64,000 nt of DNA from Selaginella moellendorffii (taxonomy: Eukaryota; Plantae; Lycopodiophyta), in contig NW_003314301.1 of NCBI RefSeq assembly GCF_000143415.4, forward strand, positions 766,961 to 830,960, written 5' to 3'. Under the pieces are notes generated by a model. It was not told the origin of the DNA, searched no databases, and saw only the letters and a program-made list of their open reading frames with translations. How positions within the stretch are numbered: position 1 is the first letter of the stretch; each line of letters begins with the position of its first letter. Shown one piece after another: positions 25,765 to 36,940 of the stretch. Both the position numbers and the translations under genes were made by a program.

Positions 25765-27650
25765 TTAATGAATCTCACCTTGAACCCGGGTTATGAATGC
25801 TCTTGCTGCATCTCTTGCATGGTCTAGCAAGGTGATGGTGGCACTTTGCTTCCGCATCCAACCATGCACAATATTATCCACCGATATGCTCATGTTGGGA
25901 TCCCTTGGATTCAGCACCCATCTCTTTTCTAGGCAATCCTTTGTATATCCGGAACTTGGCTTGAACCACTCCACAATTACATTGAAGGAGTTAGTTTCCG
26001 CGTCCTCCTCTGCATCAGTGATGCAGCGCCCCACCCATATCATTTGTTTTTTATTACTAGGTCTGACAAGCATGACCATTCCTTTGCAGACTTGTACTGG
26101 ATTGAATGCTGAATCCGGCTTCTTGTTCCTCGGCCCACAATAGTGATCCTCAACATCGTTATCTGTCACTGCATTTCCAGAGGACATTGTTCCGCTACTA
26201 TCTGGTGCTCTGGGTTCTGGCCAAAAGGACTCTTCCAATTCTTCATATACAACCGGCCCATTTTGGATAGCAGATATAATCTTCTCCCAGTATTCGAGCA
26301 AAGGCTTGCACCTCTGAAAATAGGATTCTCCACCAAACACCAACCCCCTCTTCCAGAAGGCAATATGCTGTCTAATCCCGGCCACTATACTTTCCTGGTT
26401 TTTGAGTCCATCCGGGTGCATTGGCCGTGGGGAACCTTGAGGAATCATAGGTTCCCCAGTTATGGGATCTCTCTTGAAGAGTTCAATGCCGTCCACTGGC
26501 AGCCACAGTGTGTCCCATTCTCTCATCTTGTACCTCATCACTGGAGCACCGTCACGCATGCTGAAATGAAACTGAAGAGGCTTGGAGTGGCCAATCAGCA
26601 TTTCGGATCTGTCCCTGATGTAGCCTCTTACAAACCCCTTAAAGTCTGGAACCTCTGTCACAAGTGCAGCTTCAACAGTGCCTTTGATGCAATTTTGGAA
26701 TTCATCGTAGAGTTGTGGGAGGGTGAGGACATTGGATCACCGGAGGGACTCTGCCAGGTGACTGAACATGGCATCGATGTCTTCATGAGTGTGCCCAACC
26801 ATGAGAAAGCCAAGTGTAACCGTTTCAAATATGCCTTTGGTAACAAGCATCACCAAGTATGCGAAGACGTACATATTTTTGTTCTCACTGCCAGCATTGT
26901 CTGTTTGGAGCAGAAGATGGGGTGGAAGGCCACATCGGCCGCAAGAACTTCCTTGAGATTCTGCTTCATTTGGATGAGGCTGTGCATTCACCGGGCGACT
27001 AGCCTCGTCGGAATGGCATGAGGCCTCACGTGATAACCCTACAATCTGACGGCCAACATATTCACTGGGATGGCATGGGGCCCCACGTGATACTGCAAGC
27101 CTTTGCTCCTCCTCCAGCTGAACCTTGTATGGGGTTCGATCGACAAGGGCCTTATGCAAGGGTTGGCCGTTCAGCTCAGTCTGTGCACTTTGCAGAGACC
27201 TTAAGTGTTTTGCTAGGGACGCAATCATCATGTTTGCACCCCCGCCACCCCATAGAGGTACAAGGAAGTTCCCATAGTTCTGGGCACCATGCCCATGAGC
27301 GATTATGCCAAACAGAGACACAGGCAGCTGCATGGATGAAGAGATTGCCTTGGGGGCAGGATTGAGTCGAGGTAAGCACATCTTTTTCTGGTCCATTTTG
27401 TCGTGGATGATGCAGAGGTAAGAGTCAGGTCTCTCCATGGAGAGAATCCTGTTATGATAATATGCAGTCCTGCAGCTTCTCTGCTCGATGTTGTGGTCGA
27501 GCCACCTTCTAACCAACGTCTCTCGCTCTTGAGCGATGCAAGAATTCTTCGACAAAGCCATTTTGATAGTAGTGCACTCATCACACTTTGAAAAGCTAGA
27601 GTACTTTCCTATACTCACATCCCTGAACCTGTTGCTCCACAATCTACTAA
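25765..27650 (-). pseudogene. Sola-related DDE transposase, 5'-truncated, one internal stop
   Basis: FSKCDEC, IIHDKMDQ, LLLQTDNAGSENKN, FLMVGHTHEDIDAMF. ORFs 26737-27708 and 25765-26661 are in the same frame across TGA 26737-26739. Confidence 0.78.
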
Positions 27651-28042
27651 ATCTCAATATCATCCCAGCCCAATTCTTGATTAGCAACCGCATCTCTTGG
27701 ATCGACAACTGTGGCTAAGCCCTCAGCTACCACCTCCCCCTCGGGGTTGTTTAGAAACACCTTTGTCTGAATCCATGTAGCATGGTTCTTAAGATCCACG
27801 GAGGGAACATGTGTCGCACTTGCGGAGGCCATTCTGAAAGTGCAGAAAAGAAGTTAAGACCATACAAAAAATGATTGGAGAATGGCCTAAATCATAACAT
27901 ACCAAACAACCTCAATAGCATGAGGCCACATGCCATTATTCAAACATGCTATTAACACCCACGTGAAATTTCGCATTCACAAAATTGGCATGAGCCCTCA
28001 TGCCATTAGTGGTACCACTAATGGCATGAGGCCTCACGCTAT

Positions 28043-28172
28043 CTGCTAGCCTGTTGCTATATTCCTTTTGCCTTGCTGCAACTATATATATTTTTGTATG
28101 CGTGACTAATCACCCATACAAAAATATATACAGTTGCAGCAAGGCAAAAGGAATATGGCAATAGGCTAGCAG
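28043..28172. repeat. Long hairpin, 63-bp arms with 4-nt loop
   Basis: 28043-28105 is the reverse complement of 28110-28172 with 4 mismatches. Confidence 0.92.
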
Positions 28173-28649
28173 GGGCCAAAGATGGCATAAGGCCTCATGC
28201 CATCTTGATATACACACAGCTGTAGGCAAGTAAAAACATACATGACAATACGCTAGCCATGAAATTGCAAGGGCCCAAGATGGCATGTGGCCTCATGCCA
28301 TTTCTAAATGTGGTCCTAAGCCATTCCATGGTGAATATACCAGGAAGCACAAGTGCTGAATATCAAGAGGAAGCGGTAGCCACACCAAAGACAGTGCCGC
28401 TCGCAACACCGCAACTACTCATAGCGCCGCTCGCAACACCGCAACTGCTCGTAGAGCCGCTCGCACAAACTGCCACTCGCATAAACTGCCGCTCGCAATG
28501 GCGCTCGCAATGCCACAACCGCTCGTAGACGCATAAACCACAGCTCACAACGCCGCTTACACAAGCAGCGCTCACTGCGCTCAGCAGAACCAAGAACACG
28601 GCGCACAAAAATGATAGACCTAGGAATGAGTTCGAGAATTCAAAAATAA

Positions 28650-30565
28650 CACACTCTTGAATGTCACATCAAATCCTCTGACAAACCAGATCTTATGATT
28701 CCTCTGACAAATTTCAAACTGAGTAGCTTCTAGACTTTGCTGTTGGAGGTTGAACTTTGTCACATCATGTCCTTGCCTCGATCCAGCTGTGCCATGTCAG
28801 TGATTCGAACTTTGCCATGCCATGTCAGCGATCCGCGCCAAGATTATTCGCCGTGTAAAGGAATAATTATACTGTGTGTGTACGTCCATTTATGGCAATA
28901 TAAGGCCACACGCCATTCAAAGAATAATGCTAGTCGAGCATTTTTTGGTGCATTTTTGGGTTCAAAATTGCATGAGCCCACACGCTATAAAGTTTACCTG
29001 TACCAAAAATAGAAACAGCTTTATTTACTTGGGAATTTAAGTGGTTGAGGCATTTTTAAATTTACAAACACATGCCCTACTTACATTCCTTTGGTTGCTT
29101 AAAATTCAAAAATATTATAAACCTTTCTTTTTGCATTTTCAATGTTTTCAATTATGGTTTTTGATTTTCGCAGGACCAGCCTAGTAATCTATTTGCATTC
29201 TGTCATGTTTATAACTAGCTTTCGTTTGTCCCCTTCGCTAGCCTGAGATACATCTGCTCGGCATCTGCCTCTTACAGCATTTGCCCAGAAAGGGCATCTT
29301 TCTTCACGCAGCATTTGCCACATGTTTAGGGTTTAGGGTTTAGCAATTCAGTAGCTTGATAAATATGCAAATACAGAACTTGATACAAAATCCTTTGATA
29401 TGTCACAATGCCCCTAGGACCATAAACACATTTCAATAGAGAGGGTCCTTTCATTTCATAACTCCTTACGTAGATCTTGGTGAAAGTAGAGTTAGTGAAG
29501 TTAGTTTCTTGTGATCCCGCATCTGATTGTGATGTCCCTTTGCAGTGTCGATGGAAAGGTCAATGCACACCAAACTGTAAAATCTTGGAGCAAAATAACG
29601 GTCGGATCTATGGCAAATGCCCCTGAAACATTGTAAGGCTCGTGTGGTCTCATGTGGTGTTAGATCGAGATGCTTCTTTGCAGGGTCATCAAGAAAGACA
29701 TTGTATACCATTCTGTAAAATCTAGTTGTGATCTAACGGTTGGATCTCCAGAAAACTCAAAAAAGTCTCGCACGTGTCAGAATATTCTAGGAATATACTC
29801 CTATATGCCCCTGAAAATGGCATGCGGCCCCACGCCATTCAAGAGATGACGCCAGATGACGCCGAGCATTTTTTGGTGCATTTTTTGGGATCAAAATTGC
29901 ATGAGCCCACACGCTTGAACGTCACATCAAATCCTCTGACAAACCAGATCTTATAATTCCTCTGACAAATTTCAAACTGAGTAGCTTCTAGACTTTGCTG
30001 TTGGACGTTGAACTTTTTCACATCATGTCCTTGCCTCGATCCAGCTGTGCCATGTCAGTGATTCAAACTTTGCCATGCCATGTCAGCGATCCGCGCCAAG
30101 ATTATTCGCCGTGTAACTGCTCGGCATCTGCTTCTTACAGCATTTGCCCAGAAAGGGCATCTTTCTTCACGCAACATTTGCCACATGTTTAGGGTTTAGG
30201 GTTTAGCAATTCAGTAGCTTGATAAACATGCAAATACAGAACTTGATGCAAAATCCTTTGATATGTCAGGACCATAAACACATTTCAATAGAGAGGGTCC
30301 TTTCATTTCATAACTCTTTACATAGATCTTGGTGAAACCAGAGTTAGTGAAGTTGGTTTCTTGTGATCCCGCATCTGATTGTGATGTCCCTTTGCAGTGT
30401 CGATGGAAAGGTCAATGCACACCAAATTGTAAAATCTTGGAGCAAAATAACGGTCCGATCTATGGCAAATGCCCCTGAAACATTGTAAGGCTCGTGTGGT
30501 CTCATGTGGTGTCCGATCGAGATGCTTCTTTGCAGGGTCATCAAGAAGGACATTGTATACCATTC
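28650..30565. repeat. Internal segmental duplication with telo-box tracts
   Basis: 28654-28858 plus 29254-29714 repeated at 29911-30565. GTTTAGGGTTTAGGGTTTAG at 29324-29343 and 30187-30206. Confidence 0.85.
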
Positions 30566-30859
30566 TTTATTTAGCTGAACATCTGGCATTTTTGGAAATA
30601 CAAGATGCTTTGGAATATCCAATCATGCATGGTATAAATATAGCGAGGGTATTAAATGATATCCCAATCATGATCTTTCTTTTGGATTTCGCGTGCATGC
30701 AGTCCGAGGAATGATGACGTTGCGGATTTCTTTTGGATTTCACGTGCATGCATGCGCGTGGCGATCCAGAAATTAATGGTGGCGCCCAAGTTCGAGGAAT
30801 GATGACGTTGCGGGATTACCAACCGTCGTGACATTTCGCGCGTGTGAGGTTAGGTTTTG

Positions 30860-31100
30860 CATCGTACTCGCGCTCGCACACTCGCACTCGCATTGTGCTC
30901 GCACACTCGCACTCGCATTGTGCTCGCACACTCGCACTCGTATCGCGCTCGCACACTCGCACTCGCATCGCGCTCCCACTCGCGATCACGCTCACATTCG
31001 CGCTCATCTACCTTCTCTACAGGTTTCTTGTGTGCATCGGCGTCCACTCGCGCTTGCATCACACTCGCACTCGCATCACGCTCGTGTGCATCGGCGTCCA
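30860..31100. repeat. CGCACT-based low-complexity tandem repeat
   Basis: Repeating CTCGCA/CACTCG units. A similar CGCTCGCA array lies at 28390-28580. Confidence 0.85.
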
Positions 31101-31309
31101 CTTCAAGACACACCTAGTTTGTAACTTCGCCGCCAACTCTGCCGCCCACTCCGCCACCCACACGCAGCCCACTTGGCGTCCCGGGAGATTTCAGCGCCAC
31201 TCTCCAATTGTAAGTGGCAGAGTAGCCTTGCTACTACAATCCGCTGCACACACAGTGCACATTCACCAGCGAGTCCGGCCTCGATTGTCACGCCTCCATT
31301 CAGCTTCAA

Positions 31310-34110
31310 ATGGTAAGTCTTTTAGGCCAAGTAGAAAATGGCATGAGGCCACATGCCATTCAGTAGCAACATTGGCATGCACCGATTGGGCTCTCGAGTG
31401 CAGTCCGGTTATAGATGGCGTGTAGCCTCACGCCATCTTAGGATGCAGCCTCAAGACATCTGATGCAGTGGTGAATGGCGTGTGGCCTTACGTTATTTCC
31501 AGCTGCTAGCTTTTCATCTGTCAGCTCTAATTGTTGTGCATTTCTGAACAGGCAAGGAATTGCGTTCTTCTTCCAGCCACTGTCAATGTGGATGCAGAGA
31601 AGGGGGAGGAGCTCACCAGTTGGACTTTCGGGATGGAAGGCGAGGATCTGAGGCTGTACAACACAGATGGTAGGAGAAAAGAATGCATGGGGATCCTCAT
31701 CCAAGTGACAGACACTCCATGCAGTTCCATGCAAGAATATGGATTGGCACTTGTGGTAGAGATAGCGTCCGCCTTCAAGATCCACCTTGCACATCCTAGC
31801 GGCTTCCCGGAGGGGGGCAGCGGCTATGAGGAATTCCTAAAGGGAGCTAGGGAGAGGTTGTCCAGGAGGCCCACAATTTCAAAGACGCTGCGGGTCTATG
31901 AAGATCACATGGAATCCACGGACCTCACCTACGGCGATGTTCAAAAACTATATTCCAACATTGAGCCGTTGAGAGTGCCTCCAGTTCGTGAAGCGAAGGG
32001 GAAGGGGGTCGATCTAGAAACTACCCCGAAGCAGAAAAGGGTGGTCAAGCTCAAGCCGACGTCCGACTCTCATGCTCCAAAAAAGAAGCTACTCGGTGAT
32101 GCCATTGCCTCGGGTTCGAACACTACACCCACCAAAAAGAAGAGCCGCAAAGAGTAGAAAGAGCAAGAAGAGGCAGCAAAAATTGTCGCAGATAATAGTA
32201 CTTGTTACTATTCCAACAAAGTATATACAATCGACGTGAGCTGTATCGACATCCAAAGCAAATACAACCACAGGCTAGTATCTGATGAGTGGGTGGAGAA
32301 ACTGAAGCAGAAGATGCTGGCAAGTCCAGCAACACCCGACATCGCAGATGTGATCCCCTACTACCGAACAATGAAGGGCGAGATGAGGTTTCCAGATTTG
32401 ATCAATAGGAAGGTGTTGGACGATCAGAACATCCAGTTCTATGCCGTCTCTGGGCAGCATTCTAGCTTGGCGATGCAAGAGATAGTTGTGGATATTATGG
32501 TGGGCGAGGAGGTGAAGAAAGTCTTCAAGACAAGAGTTGTCCGCCTGATAAAAGGCAACTCGCCCCTCCGATCTATCATATACATCTCCCACGCGCAGAA
32601 TGTCAAGCAAGAAACGTGCTACAAATCGGGTCTGCACGAGACATTGGCATGAACACGGAAGCTCTGGGTTCAACTGAAGAAGCCACAAAAACCAGGACAA
32701 GGACGTGCACTAGCAACTAGCGCCTGGCAGGTAAGCCTCGTTGCATGTGGCATAGCATGTGGCCTCACGCCATTTCCATTGCAGGAATTCTCGAGTCTTC
32801 TCTCGAAAACACTGGGGGTCAATGACACACTCAGCATCCATAACATTCTACTCGCGACAAAAGTTGTTTTTGATAAATGGGTAGATGTGCTGAGGAGGTA
32901 CCATGATGGGGAGTTGCTAAACTCAATGGGTGTGGAGGACGGCCGGAAGCCCAATGATTTGAAGCTCAACGCCTTGCGTTTCTCGCGGTCTCTAGACGAC
33001 AACGACCTTCTGATAGTGGCTAATGCTCTTCTACGTGGTGAAGTAGTCTTCAACAAGACCAAAATGACTCCCGGCCATATTGTGACATACGAGGACTTGT
33101 GCATGACTCTGAGGGCTCATGCGCTATTGAAGGATTGGATCTTCGAGTAAGTGGCCGTGGAGAGGGTGAGCATCGACACCACGCAAGAGATGATGGAAGA
33201 GCTGGAGTTGTCAAATGAAGACATCGACGAGTACGTGAAGGGGGCCCCCAAGTTCATCGATCTGCTGCGGGATGCCACGAAAAGTAAAGCTGAGAAGTTG
33301 GATCAGTATCCAAATTTCATTAAGAGGGATGTCGACCGCCAGCTTCAGAAATAGCTCGACCCCGCAGCAGAGGCGTATCGAGAACCTTACCGGGTATACG
33401 TGAATTCGGATGAGGATCAAAGGTGGAGGAGCATCGTTTCCCGCGGAGATGAGCAGGTCAAGAACATCTTTTGTGTGATGGACTTCACAAACGAGGAGAT
33501 CACTCATGCAGACGAAGTCAGCTCCATCATTGACTTAATGGTGGGACTTGTGGAGGTGGAATCTTCAGTCCGCTATATGATCTACGACTCCGAATCCTAT
33601 CACAAGTTCTGGAAGGCCTTGAACGAGGTGAAGGCTCGGTTGAAAGGCAAGGAGATGCGGGAGATCCATGGGATAATGGCTAAGAAGAAGATACCGACGA
33701 ATGTCCGCATCTTCACACTCCGCCCTTGTTATTGGTCCTGCAGCAGAGTGGGACTGGAGTGACTTCCCAGCTTCGTTCGACAAGGCCGATCGAATTGATC
33801 TGAGGGAGGTCAATTTACCCGTGCTTGAGGAACTGAAGACGGCTATGGAGCTTTCAAATCCAGAGAAAGCTCCAGGTGTAGCATGGGAAATGCTCAGCTG
33901 GGTCTTCAACGCAATAGCGGGTGGGTCACCTGCTTCCGACTCCAAGGGCAAATGCGTTGTCGAGTACAACTGCGGCGGACTATTCTTTCGAGCCGCACTA
34001 CTCAAGGGTGTCCCGTGTGTTGCGGTGACAAACTCCATTGAAGAGGTGACTTCAATGGAGCATATAATTACAGTTGCCAAAGAAAAACAGTATCTTCTCT
34101 GCGAACCTGG
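31310..34110 (+). pseudogene. Transposon cargo: ParB/Srx-like domain plus degenerate permuted (beta-class) amino-methyltransferase-like domain
   Basis: ATG 31310, intron 31313-31551, intron 32731-32784. ParB-like: NHRLVSDEWVEKLKQKM..FYAVSGQHSSLAMQ. MTase-like: IFCVMDFT ... NPEKAPGVAWEMLSWVF..GKCVVEYNCGGLFFRAALLKGVPCVAV. In-frame stops at 32155, 32650, 33148 and 33352, frameshift near 33700. Confidence 0.55.
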
Positions 34111-34149
34111 TGAGTACGCACTTTAAGTTTAAATGTTATCTCACAAGCT

Positions 34150-36030
34150 CTGTATGCAGGAGCGTGGCCACCCCCAGATGCTGAAACGGCGTTAACAGCT
34201 ACTGTTGAAGATACCCATGTTGGGCCGAGCTCACAACCTGCACAAGGTAAGGTCACGTGAGGCCTCACGCCATTTTGATTATAGATTGTTGTGAATATTC
34301 AGACACGAGGACTGAAAAGCGCACTGGTGGCGCGTCGAAGAAGGACAAACAGACAAGCAATAGGAAAAAAGGAGGTACAAATTATATTTGCAATGGCGTG
34401 TGGTCTCATGCCATTCCTTGTAGGAGACACTTCTTCAAAGGCAAAACAGGCAAGCACCAGCCAAGCTCAAACTGACAGTGGTCATAAAAAGTGAAAGCAC
34501 ATTGGACAGTCGTCGGGATCAGAGGCGTTTGATTCGAAAAGGAAGAAGGGCAACGAAAAGATGATAGGTAATGCCTCGCGGTTATGGCGTGTGTGCTCAT
34601 GCCATTCATTCCAGATCAAGGGCTGAGTGAAAGCAGCCAGTCAGCACCTCCTGACTCAGATTCCTATGGCGGACTCCCCTTCCCCAATCTCAATGGAGAG
34701 GTACAATGGATGAGGGATGCTTTTCAAGTCAGGGCCATGTTTTTCTCATCTCGTCGTCTTCGAAGGGTGCAAGAACGTGCAGAAACCATGTTAAGACAGT
34801 CGGGTGAGGATATGGTCCTAGGTCACGCACTAAAACAGGTTATGGATGTCTTGTATTTTGAGATGGAGACTCGGCCAGATGATTTTCCCAAGATGGTCCT
34901 GGAAGAACAAGCCATCCAGCCTGAGCAGCCTATGGAAGAAATGCAGGAGGGGGATGAGGAGACAGAGAAAGATAATGAGCAGGAAGAGCAGAAGGACGAA
35001 GAGGAGGACAAAGAAGAGGAGGACGAAGAAGAGGAGGACGAAGAGGACTTGGATGGTCCTCACAATGGTGACGATCACAATAACGACGACGACGATGATG
35101 ACGACGATGGCCAGCCTGAGGTGGCCAAAGAGCAGCGGAGGAAGGTCATACAAGACAAACCATCAGGTAAATAATAGTACATCCATTCCTAACCTTTTAC
35201 CATTTCTAACATTGTCCATGTAGGTCGCAGAGCAAATGGTAAGTAGAGATTATTCAGTTGAATTAAGATACAAACTCTAGCCTTTAGTGTCGAGGAAGGA
35301 TAGTGCCAAGCAAGGGTCGAAACGTATGTCCAATCCTTCAGAATCAGCAGTGCGCCCAAGTGATATCGGTCCTAGTTCCTCAATAGCAGTTGATGGTAAA
35401 TACAGTAGAGTCGATTCAATGTGCTAATGAGTTTGTTTTTAGTATCCAGTAGGGAGGATACCATCTCAATCGAAGGGAGATATTTGGACATGCATATGGA
35501 TCCGCCAGTGGACTCTACTTGCCTGCAAGAGTCATCAGAGCTGGTGGAGGCTACTATCCATATCAACGCCAAGCAAGCTGACCACGCTCCACTTGATGCT
35601 GCCCATACCACTGAGTCAATCTTGTCCACGTATCCAACTGATGGTGACCAGGCGCCATTGGACCCGCATGAGGCCGCCCCAGCCACCGAGCCGGTCGTAT
35701 CCTCATTTCCAACGGACTCAATGTGTGCCCAATCGTCTAACTACGCGCCGTTGGAACCTCCCTACACTGCCCCTGCTGCCTATTCGGTCATGTCCACTTT
35801 GCCAACGGAGGCACCAGCTGAAATGGCGTGTGATCACACGCCATCGGAACCACCCCATGCCACTGTTGAGCCAGTTGTACCAGAGTCTACAGCTGAAATG
35901 GCATGTGCCCACACGCCATCGGATGCGATTGACCCCACATTGCAGAGGAGAGTATTTCCGCCCTTCACGTTTCCTCGACCAAAACCCTCTCAACGACCAT
36001 CGGGAGCACCATTCGCTAATATTGTAGATG
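34150..36030 (+). pseudogene. Linker exons (basic, D/E-rich and Pro-rich), probably the same cargo gene
   Basis: Chain of short GT-AG introns (34247-34302, 34375-34423, 34568-34614, 36031-36077). Acidic tract 34940-35110. Confidence 0.5.
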
Positions 36031-36077
36031 GTAAAATTGACTTGTACCATTTTTTATGCTGACGCATTTCATTTCAG

Positions 36078-36940
36078 AGTCACGGCGAAGGTACTGTATC
36101 GTTTTTGATCTGAACGGTGTCCTTTTCTCCCATGAGCATGGCTCGTCCTCGAATGTCACTGCACCCTCCAAAGCTTGCGGTCGCAAGTTGGTCAAAAGAG
36201 ACAGATTCACATTAATCACACGGGAGAAACTGCGGGATCTAATAATGACCATGCGACACTTAAAACAGAGGGCCGGGTTCAATTTGCAATTGGGAGTTTG
36301 GACATCCATGATGCGCCACAATGCATTAACGTTGCTACAGATGATGCACGATCAGACGCGAGTAATATTACTATTTGACTTTCTCCTAACGTAGGAGGAT
36401 TGCTTGACTATGGTCCATATGAGGGGTAGCAAGCTCATCTTCGTCAAGCCAGAGGCTGTAGTGATGAACCGGACTGCTAGGTCAAGTGAAATCCTCATCA
36501 TCGATGACTCGCCGATTAAAACTGCAGCGAACACGCACACATATGCAGTGCACCCCATCTCTTGCAGTATGGAAACTAAGGAGAAGAAACCGTATGTTCT
36601 GGGGGACCTTGCAAAACGGCTTGGAGCGATGGTGATAGAGAACCGGCCAGTCCAGGAGGTGGCTGCAGAAATCAACCAAATGGCAGATGGAACGGTATAT
36701 CTGAAGCCATTTGATCGGACAGACACCAGTCATCATTTATGGCATGTATATTGTCTAGCCAAGCACTATCCGCATCTCCATAATCTGCTCAACCGGATGG
36801 GTTCTTCGACCACTGAACATGAGCGTGGACGTATTAGAGAAGAGATGGCATTACTATTGGGTTTAAATCCTGATAGTGTGGAGAGTGATGAAATTCCAAG
36901 ATTATTGTATAGGCGTTGGAGGCAAAAAATAACAGTCTGA
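36078..36940 (+). pseudogene. FCP1/NIF-like HAD phosphatase domain
   Basis: CIVFDLNGVL, LGVWTSMMRHNA, ILIIDDSPIKTAAN..AVHP. One in-frame TAG at 36392-36394. Confidence 0.72.

Noticed and set aside
29324-30206. Interstitial telomere or chromosome fusion scar
   Set aside because: Fewer than three units, embedded in a duplicated unit. Treated as telo-boxes.
30773-31425. CECECAS / SHSH repetitive ORFs
   Set aside because: Translations of the CGCACT simple repeat.
31310-36940. In-frame stops (TAG/TGA/TAA) as U-to-C editing or read-through sites
   Set aside because: They fit ordinary C>T decay of CAG/CGA/CAA in methylated nuclear repeats, occur in every element in the window, and come with frameshifts.
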